NCBI GenBank assembly: GCA_027067775.1
Contig: JAMOVK010000150.1
Span: 11,564 to 75,563 of the forward strand
Direction of reading: 5' to 3'
Source: Deltaproteobacteria bacterium
Lineage (GTDB): Bacteria > Desulfobacterota > Dissulfuribacteria > Dissulfuribacterales > QOAL01
Length of the DNA: 64,000 nucleotides
Part shown: one piece after another, positions 46,017 to 55,199 of the stretch
How the letters are laid out: every line of letters starts with the position of its first letter
How positions within the stretch are numbered: the stretch's first letter is position 1
The notes under the pieces: generated by a model
The model's input: only the letters and a program-made list of their open reading frames with translations
What the model was told of the DNA's origin: nothing
Database searches by the model: none
Program-made: the position numbers and the translations under genes

Positions 46017-47238
46017 AGAATAGGACACCGTTTTTAATAGAAACTATTATGCCTAGACCAGCAACTATTACAAACCAGCCAATCATGGCAGAGACAGCCT
46101 TTCTGCCTATGCATGGATCCAGGGTGACCACCTGCCCCGCCTTTGCACGTCCTGCCTGAAACGCAGCAACTGCAGGAAAGTACAGTACAAAAAGCCCCAT
46201 AATAAAGGTGGCAAAAAAGAGAATGGTACTGGGCCAGTCGGCATTAACAGGATAGTTGTATATTGAGTATCCTGCCTGAGACATGTGCTTCATTCTAAGG
46301 GCCTCTCTTGCGCAGCACATGACAAAGATGGTGCCAAACATCAACAACGCTGCAGGTATGGCCCTTTCCTGTGGCTTGAAAATGGATGAGCCAATAAAGG
46401 CAGTTGTGGCAACACCCATTGCTGCACCCAATAGGAACAGGGGGTTTCTGACAAAGTGAAAATCAGATGGAATGAGCCCAAGCCACCAGAATCCGGCGCC
46501 TATTGCAAGAACTGACGCCCACAGGGCCATCCATGCTCCTTTTTGTCCAACATAGTTCACATATGCCTTGTCATAGTCTTCCCTGTCCTTGAAATAGGCA
46601 GAGTAAAGCATGAGAAAGACACCAGTGACTGCAAAGGAAGGCAACAGGAAGTGAAGGAGTCTGCCAAATGCAATTCCGTGGAATTCACCTCCTGCATACG
46701 AGACACTGCCATTTGCAGAGACGATCCAATCCTTCCAGTGTTGCGGCATCAGCTGCTCCATGGAAAGCATGTGGATCAAAAGAGCCGTTACTAAAAGCAG
46801 CCCTCCTGCCACCAATGCCCAGACTGTTTTGGCAGAGTCGATATCCGCATTTCTGTTACCAAGATAGAAACCGTAACCTGCGTAGAATGCCAGGGTGATT
46901 ACTACAAGGAACATAAGTGCCCAGAAGGCGGATAGAGTGGTAGCAGTATACCAGAACGGATCGTAGATCACCTGGACAAAGAGTAGCGGGGCTACTCCAA
47001 GGACTATGGCAATGGACATCCCAACAGTCAAAACTCTACCAAGGGCCTTGGCAAGCCTGAGCCCGTGTTCGTTTTTTTTCCATACCTCCCATATGGCGAC
47101 AAATGTGCTGCCCACCACCAGATTAACCATGGTTATGTGCATAGCAAAGGTCAGCACCAGGAGAAATTGAAATATTATCGGATAAAAAGGGAGGCCCGCC
47201 GGATCTCTCATGCTGTTTACATATGTTGCAATGTCCAT
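46015..47238 (-). CDS. Polytopic membrane protein, probable partner subunit of the bd-like oxidoreductase
   Basis: 407 aa with about 10 TM helices. The N-terminal LTFAMHITMVNLVVGSTF resembles the His-containing first helix of CydA-type proteins. It starts 3 nt after the upstream gene. Confidence 0.5.
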   Translation of the reverse strand: MDIATYVNSMRDPAGLPFYPIIFQFLLVLTFAMHITMVNLVVGSTFVAIWEVWKKNEHGLRLAKALGRVLTVGMSIAIVLGVAPLLFVQVIYDPFWYTATTLSAFWALMFLVVITLAFYAGYGFYLGNRNADIDSAKTVWALVAGGLLLVTALLIHMLSMEQLMPQHWKDWIVSANGSVSYAGGEFHGIAFGRLLHFLLPSFAVTGVFLMLYSAYFKDREDYDKAYVNYVGQKGAWMALWASVLAIGAGFWWLGLIPSDFHFVRNPLFLLGAAMGVATTAFIGSSIFKPQERAIPAALLMFGTIFVMCCAREALRMKHMSQAGYSIYNYPVNADWPSTILFFATFIMGLFVLYFPAVAAFQAGRAKAGQVVTLDPCIGRKAVSAMIGWFVIVAGLGIIVSIKNGVLF

Positions 47239-47241
47239 GTC

Positions 47242-48570
47242 TTACCTCCTTGTTATGGAAAAGAGATATTCAGATGCCGCTTTTTTGTCTAGGTCGTTCC
47301 CGGCAAATGGCGGCATGAATGGGTAATCGCCAAGGGACTCAAGCAGTCCCTCGATATCTTCAGGTGATTCAGGAGAAAAGTTGGCCAAAAGATCAGGTAG
47401 TGGCCTGATTTTACCAAATCTATCCAGTGCATGGCAATTTCCACATTGGTGATGAACTATCAGGTTTCCTGCACTCATAAGATCCCGCCAATTTGATGGG
47501 TCGATTTTATCTGGTCGAAAGAAGAGATGTTTCAGAAAGCCTTGTTCATTGAAAACAGGGACCTCTGCCTTTATGTGTTTTGCAGGGATGTCTCGGGCTA
47601 CTATCTGATTACCATACAAATACTGGTCTATTATATAAGGTCTTCTGATGCCTTCCCTGAAACCCTCACCAGCTCCTATACCAATGAAGAGCACCAAAAG
47701 TACTATAATACCTGACAGACGGCCAACCATACGCGGCCACATCAGGCAGCATACCACGAACCACAAAAGCACGACTCCATAGGAAAAGGCTGATATCTTT
47801 ATAAGGTGACCAAGATATGGAAGCGTTTCATCAAGCCATAGCTCCTTTGCATGGACAGGCAATTTGTGGAGATACCAGGCAGCGAATACGACACCTGCTA
47901 CCATGCCGGCAACGCCCCAGATTCCTGCTGACCTTATGAGTTCCCTTCTGACTTGAGGATTTTGGAGGGTGCTGGCAACTATTGCAGCGTATACTCCAGC
48001 AATACATAACATAAAGGCCGTTCTGGTGAAAAGTTGAGGCCAGTATGTCTCGTTGAAAAATCCGTCAAAAAATCCACCTGTTTCAACCCACTTGCCAGAC
48101 GATAGCATGAAGGCAAGGATTCCAGTTATTATTATCATGCTGATCCAGGCAGCCCAGGCATAAAGCCACCCCATCATAAGATGGCTCTTCTGGTCAATTT
48201 TTCCCAGGGTGTAGTAGTAGACATAGATGGAGGCGATTTCAATTACAAAAAATACCCATTCTGTAGCCCAGCCCCAGACATAATTGTGAATTAGGCCTGA
48301 AATGCCCCTCGGGCTTGCAACTGTTGCGGCATACCAGATGCCAACGCCAGACAGGGAGCCTATGACAAAACAAAATATCAAGATCAGAAGCGAATACTTC
48401 TTTACAAATTCCAGAAGTTCGGGCCTGTTTTGCTTGTAAGCCTTTCTTTCCACATAGACAGTAAACCAGAAGGCACCCGTGGCTAGGTGACATGGCAGAA
48501 TGTGAAAAGTGGCAATGAGGGCTATCACCAGGCCAGAGGTGAAAAACGGGACTTCCCAGAAAGGATACAT
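47242..48570 (-). CDS. Cytochrome bd subunit I (CydA)-like membrane protein fused to a C-terminal monoheme cytochrome c domain
   Basis: 442 aa. N-terminal ALIATFHILPCHLATGAFWF aligns with the CydA helix-1 motif (AMYHFLFVPLTLG in E. coli). It has about 8-9 TM helices, then a soluble tail with CGNCH and a downstream FMPPF (candidate Met ligand). Confidence 0.72.
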   Translation of the reverse strand: MYPFWEVPFFTSGLVIALIATFHILPCHLATGAFWFTVYVERKAYKQNRPELLEFVKKYSLLILIFCFVIGSLSGVGIWYAATVASPRGISGLIHNYVWGWATEWVFFVIEIASIYVYYYTLGKIDQKSHLMMGWLYAWAAWISMIIITGILAFMLSSGKWVETGGFFDGFFNETYWPQLFTRTAFMLCIAGVYAAIVASTLQNPQVRRELIRSAGIWGVAGMVAGVVFAAWYLHKLPVHAKELWLDETLPYLGHLIKISAFSYGVVLLWFVVCCLMWPRMVGRLSGIIVLLVLFIGIGAGEGFREGIRRPYIIDQYLYGNQIVARDIPAKHIKAEVPVFNEQGFLKHLFFRPDKIDPSNWRDLMSAGNLIVHHQCGNCHALDRFGKIRPLPDLLANFSPESPEDIEGLLESLGDYPFMPPFAGNDLDKKAASEYLFSITRR

Positions 48571-48710
48571 GGAATTACCTCCTTCTCGATTTAGGAGCTA
48601 TTTGAATAGCTTTCCCAAAAGGACTGTACTGACCAGATTTAACAATTTGCGTTCTTTGTCTTTATCGGCCAAGAGTCATGTTTGGTTAAGTAGCCCGCTA
48701 TATTTTAATT

Positions 48711-49259
48711 TTAAAAGTAAAAGGTTATCACGCCCAGGTGTTCGTCTCTTCCATCGTTATTGTCATGAAGATCAGCATTTGAAAGGTGCATGTATCTGTA
48801 GCCAAGCTCTACGCCATTTGGAAAAGACAATCCCAGTGCAGCTATAAGAGAGAACTGTTGAGCTGCTCCAAGCTGTCTGCCATTTATGTTGGCTCTTGAA
48901 AGAAAATGCACTCCTGCTCCAAGGTCGATATAGGGAATAGCAGAAGAAAATCTGTGACACTCATACCTGAAAACAGGTTGAATTCCGATATCAAAGGCCG
49001 TGTCTGTCGTATCCAATAGCCCGGTATCAAGCTCTATCCTAAGATATCCTTTACCGTATCTCCCTAGCTGGAGATAATCAGCAAGCCAGTAGGCTCCTAC
49101 CAACCGAAAAGACGCGGAACCATTCGCTGTAGAGCCGATTTCTACCGACCCTGACCACTTCCTATCCCCGTTTTTTAGCTCCATGGCCTGGGTATAGCTG
49201 AACAAGACCATTACAATGCCTATTACCATCCCAGGCAATAAAATTCGGAAAGTCTTCAT
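48711..49259 (-). CDS. PagL-like lipid A deacylase / acyloxyacyl hydrolase outer-membrane protein
   Basis: 182 aa. Signal peptide, small beta-barrel-like sequence and a C-terminal YMHLSNA (HxS catalytic pair of the PagL family), ending in ...ITFYF. Confidence 0.55.
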   Translation of the reverse strand: MKTFRILLPGMVIGIVMVLFSYTQAMELKNGDRKWSGSVEIGSTANGSASFRLVGAYWLADYLQLGRYGKGYLRIELDTGLLDTTDTAFDIGIQPVFRYECHRFSSAIPYIDLGAGVHFLSRANINGRQLGAAQQFSLIAALGLSFPNGVELGYRYMHLSNADLHDNNDGRDEHLGVITFYF

Positions 49260-49312
49260 GCCCGTCCCTCCTCTCGCTTTTAACTTCTGAATAATTATCC
49301 TACGCTCATTTT

Positions 49313-51835
49313 CTATTTAAGCCACAGTATTCGTTTATTTTCAAGGGGAACTCGTGCCTGATCATGTTTTGGTATTATTCGAGGTGTATAGTGATAAAAG
49401 GGACGGTCTGAAATTATCATTGTCTCATAAAGATATCCGTTGATAGCTCCTTTTAATGGTTCAACAGGCTCCATAGTCCAGATTTCGGGCTCGTCACGGT
49501 CTTCTTCTGGTTCTGCGTAACACTGAACCTCAACCATATTGGTATCGAGACCGTCTAGATATACCTGTATCCTGACCAAGTAACTATTTTCTTGTCTGTT
49601 CCATTCAAGATTGCCAAAATAGATGTTTTTCCAGTGGTATTCAATGGCCTGTTGCCATTTCAGTATTTCTTTGCCCATCTGTCCATTGTTTTTGGAGCGT
49701 TCTACAAATGCCCTGGCTGCAGGCAGATAGTATTCTTCCACATACTGTCTGAGCATGCGATTTGTAGAAAATTCTGGTGTCAGCCTTGCCATGCTCGCCT
49801 TCATCATGGCAACCCATGATCTGGGAATACCGTGTTCATCCCTTGTATAGAATTTAGCAATCACCTCATTTTCAAGAATATCATAGAGCTGTTGGGCCTC
49901 TATCCTGTCCCAGTTTGGGTCGCTGTCATGTTCCTTTCCGTCTCCAATAGCCCAACCCACTTCGGGACAGTATGCCTCTGCCCACCAGCCATCCAGTTCT
50001 GAAAGGTTAAGTCCGCCGTTCACTAGCAGTTTCATTCCGCTGGTTCCGCTAGCCTCCCATGGTCTCCTGGGATTGTTTATCCACACGTCTACTCCCTGCA
50101 CCAGTTTTTTGGCAACCATCATGTCATAGTCTTGAATAAAAACGACCTTTCCAAAAACATCAGGCCTTTTCAAAAAGGCAAACCATTGGCGTATCATCTC
50201 CTTGCCTTCGTGATCGTTTGGGTGTGCCTTGCCTGCAAGTATGAGCTGAACAGGCCTACCTGAAAGATTTAGGATGTGTGCCAGCCTATCTGGATCTGTC
50301 AGAAGCAGGGTGGGGCGCTTATATGCGGTGAACCTCCTTGCGAAACCAAGAGTAAGGGCGTTGGGATCAAGGATTTCTTCAAAGGTCCTAGTTGTTTCTT
50401 CTAATCCGGAGGCGGCGGCTTGCCATCTAAGCCTTTTTCTGACAAAGTTTATTAGTTCTAGTCTGCCTTTTGTCCGAAGTTCCCACAGTTGTTCGTCTGC
50501 AATAGCCTCTATCCTCTCCTTAATGGTTTCCAGAGTTCCGAGCCAGCGCCTTCGTCCACAGGCCCCTGACCATAACATGTCAGAGTTTTTGGATTCCCAG
50601 GAAGGCACATGCACGGCATTTGTTACATGGCCAACCGGTATCTCTCTAATAGGCCATCTTGGGAAAAGCGGCTGGAAGATGTGACGGCTTACCTTGCCAT
50701 GGAGCCTGCTCACCCCGTTTATGAAAAGTGAGCAGTTCATGGCGAGATAGGCCATGTTAAAGGGTTCCAAGTTGTCATCAGGGTTTTTTCTGCCAAGACT
50801 GTAAAAGTCCTTTTCGTCAAGGTCTATCTGTCTGCAGTAAAGCCTTGCATATGGGGCAAACATGTTTGCAGGATAGCGGTCAAAGGCTGCATCAACTGGG
50901 GTATGGGTAGTAAAGACGTTTCCTGCACGTATGCAGTTTAGGGCCACTTGAAAGGAACAGTCATTTAGTTTCATGAATCCCTTTATACGCTCGATTGCTG
51001 CAAAGGCTGCATGCCCTTCATTCAGATGGCAGACGTTGCAGCTTAACCCAAGTGCCTCAAGAAGCCTCCACCCTCCAATACCCAGTACGATTTCCTGCTG
51101 CAGGCGCATCTCTTCGCCGCCGCCATAGAGTTTGCTTGTTATACCCCTGTCCTGCGGGGTATTCCTAGGGTCATTGCTATCTAGGAGAAATAGTCTTGTA
51201 CGCCCTATTCTTACTTCCCAGGTCTTGAGTGTTAGGATGCGGCCTGGAAGTTCCGCCTTTATCAGAAGCCAGTCGCCCTTTTCATCAAGAAGCGGCAGGA
51301 CAGGAAGCATGACAGGATCGTTGTATGGATAAAATTCAAGTTGGTTGCCATAGGCATCCACTGCCTGCCGGAAATAGCCCTGCTGGTAAAGGAGACCTAT
51401 GCCATAAAGGGGTACTCCGAGATCGTTTGCAGTTTTGAGATGGTCTCCTGCAAGTATGCCAAGGCCACCAGAGTAAATAGGAAGCGCCTCACTAAGGCCA
51501 AATTCCATACTGAAATATACAATGGCAGATAAAGGGTCATCCTTGTGAAACTGCTGGAACCATGCCGGTTCCTCAAGGGCCCTTTTCATGTTTTGCAGCT
51601 GTCTTTCTATCTGGTTTAAAAAGGCGTCATCTTTGGAAAGTTGGTCAAGTCGTTCCTGGCTCACGCTTTCAAGAATAAACCAGGGGTTCCCTGTGGCGTC
51701 CCACATCTCCGCATCAATCTTCCGCCACAGTTCTTCTGCCTGTCTGTCCCAGCTCCATCTCATGTCTACAGCAAGTTCAGCAAGACCAGTCAGTTTTTCA
51801 GGAAGTTTTCTAGGAAGGTATCTGCTGGGATGCAT
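49313..51835 (-). CDS. glgP: Alpha-glucan phosphorylase (GT35, DUF3417-type N-terminus)
   Basis: 840 aa. LAELAVDMRWSWDRQAEELW, GGLGILAGDHLKTANDLGVPL, TSGMKLLVNGGLNLSELDGWW. Confidence 0.9.
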   Translation of the reverse strand: MHPSRYLPRKLPEKLTGLAELAVDMRWSWDRQAEELWRKIDAEMWDATGNPWFILESVSQERLDQLSKDDAFLNQIERQLQNMKRALEEPAWFQQFHKDDPLSAIVYFSMEFGLSEALPIYSGGLGILAGDHLKTANDLGVPLYGIGLLYQQGYFRQAVDAYGNQLEFYPYNDPVMLPVLPLLDEKGDWLLIKAELPGRILTLKTWEVRIGRTRLFLLDSNDPRNTPQDRGITSKLYGGGEEMRLQQEIVLGIGGWRLLEALGLSCNVCHLNEGHAAFAAIERIKGFMKLNDCSFQVALNCIRAGNVFTTHTPVDAAFDRYPANMFAPYARLYCRQIDLDEKDFYSLGRKNPDDNLEPFNMAYLAMNCSLFINGVSRLHGKVSRHIFQPLFPRWPIREIPVGHVTNAVHVPSWESKNSDMLWSGACGRRRWLGTLETIKERIEAIADEQLWELRTKGRLELINFVRKRLRWQAAASGLEETTRTFEEILDPNALTLGFARRFTAYKRPTLLLTDPDRLAHILNLSGRPVQLILAGKAHPNDHEGKEMIRQWFAFLKRPDVFGKVVFIQDYDMMVAKKLVQGVDVWINNPRRPWEASGTSGMKLLVNGGLNLSELDGWWAEAYCPEVGWAIGDGKEHDSDPNWDRIEAQQLYDILENEVIAKFYTRDEHGIPRSWVAMMKASMARLTPEFSTNRMLRQYVEEYYLPAARAFVERSKNNGQMGKEILKWQQAIEYHWKNIYFGNLEWNRQENSYLVRIQVYLDGLDTNMVEVQCYAEPEEDRDEPEIWTMEPVEPLKGAINGYLYETMIISDRPFYHYTPRIIPKHDQARVPLENKRILWLK

Positions 51836-51980
51836 GGTCTGTCTCCTTTTCTTTCAAAAACTAATATCTTCATGAGAAAAGACAATAGTTCAAGGTGATT
51901 TTAGCGGTTGGGGGAAAAGCTGGAGCGGGTTTGTGACAGGCAAACTTGCAGGGTGGTCGTTCTTGATTAATATTTGGATC

Positions 51981-52565
51981 ATGGAAAAGGTTTTTTTACA
52001 CGTCTGCTGTGGTCCTTGTTTCCTTTATCCCCTGAAAGTTTTTAAGGACAAGGGGATTGGGGTGACCGGTTTCTTTTACAATCCCAACATACATCCCTTT
52101 CGTGAGTATGAAAGGAGGGTTATGGCCCTGGAACAGGTGGTTGGGATTAAACAGATCGAGATGGTTTGGCACAAGGCTGACTACGGGTTGCACAGGTGGC
52201 TTTCATTTATAAACGGAAATACCAAGAGTAAGGAAAGATGCCCTCTTTGTTACGATATGCGCCTTGAATGCAGTGCCAGGGAGGCAAAGAAAAGGGGATT
52301 CAAATATTTCTCCACCACGCTTCTGTACAGCCGATACCAGAGGCATGATCTTATAAGGAAGTTGGGTCAAGAAAAGGCAAAGAAATATGGAATTAAGTTT
52401 TACTATGAAGACTTCAGGACAGGCTGGAAAGAGGGTATAGAGGAGGCCATTGCCCTTGGAATATACAGGCAGCCCTACTGTGGGTGTATTTTTAGTGAGG
52501 CTGAACGTTATGAAAAGAGGATAAAACGTCTGAAAAAGCGACTTGACAATAAGGAGGTGTTATAA
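51981..52565 (+). CDS. queH: Epoxyqueuosine reductase QueH (DUF208)
   Basis: LHVCCGPCFLYP, CPLCYDMRL and YCGCIFSE Cys motifs typical of QueH. I prefer ATG 51981 over the track start at 51933. Confidence 0.8.
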   Translation: MEKVFLHVCCGPCFLYPLKVFKDKGIGVTGFFYNPNIHPFREYERRVMALEQVVGIKQIEMVWHKADYGLHRWLSFINGNTKSKERCPLCYDMRLECSAREAKKRGFKYFSTTLLYSRYQRHDLIRKLGQEKAKKYGIKFYYEDFRTGWKEGIEEAIALGIYRQPYCGCIFSEAERYEKRIKRLKKRLDNKEVL

Positions 52566-52566
52566 A

Positions 52567-52788
52567 ATGAACCCCCTGCATGATATGGGTAAAATGCTTC
52601 TGATTTTTGGGATATTTATGGTTATAGTGGGACTTTTTCTCATTTTTGGTTCAAAGGTTCCTTTTATTGGGAAGTTGCCTGGAGATATTGTTATAAAAAA
52701 GGGGAATTTTACCTTTTATTTTCCCTTGGCCACCTCGCTTCTTCTGAGTGTGATTTTGACCATTTTGTTTTCTATTTTCCGGAAGTAG
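52567..52788 (+). CDS. DUF2905 small membrane protein
   Basis: 73 aa. FIGKLPGDIVIKKGNFTFYFPLATSLLLSVILT is the DUF2905 signature (recollection). ATG at 52567. Confidence 0.6.
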   Translation: MNPLHDMGKMLLIFGIFMVIVGLFLIFGSKVPFIGKLPGDIVIKKGNFTFYFPLATSLLLSVILTILFSIFRK

Positions 52789-52870
52789 ACTCACTTAAAG
52801 GCTATTTTTGATGAACAAGAAATATCCAAGAAAAGATCTGCATCGTGTTTAGTCTTTTTGCGGAGGCCTC

Positions 52871-53266
52871 TTGAAGAGAAGATCACTGCTTAAAAGGTGG
52901 TTTAACTGGGTGTTGGGGGCTCTTATTGGCATTCCCCTTGTTGCCTTTTTAAAAAGCCAGAGGTTTAGACCTCCGGTTGAAAGGCGTATATCAAAAATCC
53001 TTAAAGAAGACGAGTTTTTGATCGAGCCCGAATTTGTCTTGTTCGAGTCTTCGGAGGGACCTGTGGCAATTTCAAGGACATGTACCCATCTTGGATGCAG
53101 GGTGAATTTTCTAGAAGAGAAGTCAATTTTTTTGTGCCCCTGTCATCAGAGCAGGTTTAGCAGAATGGGAAGATACCTTTCAGGCCCTGCAAAGAAGGAT
53201 CTTGCCAGATTCAAGGTCTCCACCATAGAAAACGGTCAGGGTTACGTGGTATATATTCCAAGATGA
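52871..53266 (+). CDS. Rieske [2Fe-2S] protein with Tat-like signal anchor
   Basis: 131 aa. N-terminal KRRSLLKRW plus a hydrophobic helix. Rieske boxes CTHLGCRV and CPCHQSRF. TTG start 4 nt after GGAGG. Confidence 0.8.
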   Translation: MKRRSLLKRWFNWVLGALIGIPLVAFLKSQRFRPPVERRISKILKEDEFLIEPEFVLFESSEGPVAISRTCTHLGCRVNFLEEKSIFLCPCHQSRFSRMGRYLSGPAKKDLARFKVSTIENGQGYVVYIPR

Positions 53267-54096
53267 GATCCATTACCTACGGGCATTTGACCGGAGCCTT
53301 TCTGCTTCTGTCCATAATGAGCGGTTTTGTAGTGGCCTATCAGTATGAGGTGGCCACTCCCTTTGTGTCAGCAGTGGCCATGGATGCCGTGCTGCCCTTT
53401 GGGTATTTTTGGCGCGCTCTCCATTTCTGGACCAGTCAGGCCTTTGTTATTCTGCTCTTGGCGCATGTATTTGATCTTTTGCATAAGGTCGAAGGAGCAG
53501 GGGCTACCTTGAGGCTGAAGCGTCACTGGAGCTTTGTCTCTATTTGTGTTCCAGTGGGGATTTATGCCCTGTTTTCCGGCTATGTCCTCAGATACGATGC
53601 CACAGGGCAGGCTGCCGGTGCCATTGCTGAACACCTGTTTTTAAAGATCCCCTTCATTGGCAATGCAGTGGACAAATTTTTAATGAATCTTTCAGGTGAT
53701 GGTCTGAACCGTCTTTACGGCGTTCATATACTGGCAGGTTTCATCTGCTGGCTTCTTGGTACCTGGTATCATCTAAAAAGGGTGAACATCCCTTACAAGT
53801 CCTTTATCGTTTCCCTTGTTGCAGGGGTGTTGTTCTCATTTATGGTTAGGGCCCCAATGGATCTCCCTTTTGCCAATGCCCACCTGATAAAAGGGCCCTG
53901 GTTTTTTCTTGGTATCCAGGAGCTCCTTAGATATTTTGATCCCTTGGTTGCGGGCATATTAATGCCTGCAATACCTATTGGTGTTCTAGTTATCATGCCC
54001 TGGGTACGAAATGCAAAGATTCTATATGCCATTGTCCTGCTATGGGCTTTTGCATACTCCGGCATTACCCTGATTGCTCTGTTGAGAGGTGGCTAA
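53263..54096 (+). CDS. Cytochrome b (bc/b6f-type) subunit
   Basis: 277 aa. Bis-His helices: LHFWTSQAFVILLLAHVF (H-x13-H) and VHILAGFICWLLGTWYH (H-x14-H, b6-like spacing). The start overlaps the Rieske stop (ATGA). Confidence 0.8.
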   Translation: MRSITYGHLTGAFLLLSIMSGFVVAYQYEVATPFVSAVAMDAVLPFGYFWRALHFWTSQAFVILLLAHVFDLLHKVEGAGATLRLKRHWSFVSICVPVGIYALFSGYVLRYDATGQAAGAIAEHLFLKIPFIGNAVDKFLMNLSGDGLNRLYGVHILAGFICWLLGTWYHLKRVNIPYKSFIVSLVAGVLFSFMVRAPMDLPFANAHLIKGPWFFLGIQELLRYFDPLVAGILMPAIPIGVLVIMPWVRNAKILYAIVLLWAFAYSGITLIALLRGG

Positions 54097-54605
54097 TGGA
54101 TCAGGTTGCTCTTGCTACCATTGTCTCGTTTGCCCTGATTGTTACCGGTGTTGCCGGTCTCTTGCTTCCGGCCTTGCCTGGAGCTGTCATGATATGGCTT
54201 GGCATAGTTGCCTTTGGTCTTCTGGCACCAGACGTCCATTGGCCTATAAGCTTTTATATTGCCCAAGGGCTTTTGGCCCTTTCTACCTATATTATAGATT
54301 ATCTGGCTACTGTTTGGGGAGTCAAAAAGTTTAAGGGTTCTAAGGCAGGGGCAATAGGCGCAGTTGTGGGTATGCTTCTTGTTTTTGTTATGGGGCCTCT
54401 AGGCATAATTATAGGCCCGTTTGTAGGGGCTATTGCAGGTGAGCTTATTGCAGGTGGCGAGCTTCGTCAGGCACTCACCTCAGGTTTTGGTTCCTTTGTA
54501 GGATTTATCGTGGCTACATTTTTGCGCCTTCTTGTATGCGGCATAATGATAAGCTGGTTTCTTTACAAGGCAGTCTCTTCTGTTTCCGTGAGCCTTCCAT
54601 TTTGA
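54096..54605 (+). CDS. DUF456 family membrane protein
   Basis: 169 aa. GLLLPALPGAVMIWLGIVAFG and Gly-rich TM helices. The ATG overlaps the cytochrome b stop (TAATG). Confidence 0.6.
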   Translation: MDQVALATIVSFALIVTGVAGLLLPALPGAVMIWLGIVAFGLLAPDVHWPISFYIAQGLLALSTYIIDYLATVWGVKKFKGSKAGAIGAVVGMLLVFVMGPLGIIIGPFVGAIAGELIAGGELRQALTSGFGSFVGFIVATFLRLLVCGIMISWFLYKAVSSVSVSLPF

Positions 54606-54737
54606 TCAGGCTGTTTTTAGGATGTCCAAACAGTTAATTGAATGTATTTTTTTCAACATCCTTAATGGCTTGCCTCCAATTACCGATAAAAAAATTGAAT
54701 CCGTTTTCCAAAAGCGAGACGAGAAAGGAGAACTTTT

Positions 54738-55199
54738 GTGGATGCAAAAATAATCAATCCATTCCTGGAGGCCGCCATGAATGTACTGAAAACCATGGCC
54801 ATGGTGGAGGCAAAGCCAGGAAAACCTTTCATCAAAAAAGATTCAACAGCCATGGGGGATGTGTCTGGGATTATAGGGATAACTGGTGATGCTCAAGGTT
54901 CCATGTCACTGTCTTTTGAATCCCCTTGTATATGCTCCATTGTTACAAATCTTTTTGGTATGCCAGTATCTGAGGTAAATGATGAAGTGAAAGACGCAGT
55001 TGGAGAGATGACCAACATGATCTGTGGGGATGCTAGGCGCCGTCTCGAAGGGGTCGGAGTGTCTCTTCAGGCAGGGACTCCAACTGTGGTCGCTGGCCAG
55101 AACCATTCCATAAGGCATATCCATACAGGCCCTTGTTTGGCAGTGCCATTTGAGACACCTAATGGACAATTTGTGGTGGAGGTGGCCTTTAACGATTAA
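54738..55199 (+). CDS. cheX: CheX-like chemotaxis phosphatase
   Basis: 153 aa. INPFLEAAMNVLKTM...GDVSGIIGITGDAQGSMSLSF...EMTNMICGDA, typical of the CheX fold family. GTG start after AAAGGAG. Confidence 0.7.
   Translation: MDAKIINPFLEAAMNVLKTMAMVEAKPGKPFIKKDSTAMGDVSGIIGITGDAQGSMSLSFESPCICSIVTNLFGMPVSEVNDEVKDAVGEMTNMICGDARRRLEGVGVSLQAGTPTVVAGQNHSIRHIHTGPCLAVPFETPNGQFVVEVAFND

Noticed and set aside
51836-51980. Possible preQ1 riboswitch upstream of queH
   Set aside because: The leader lacks the conserved preQ1-I/II sequence features I remember. Only a weak 5-bp GTTTG/CAAAC hairpin is present.
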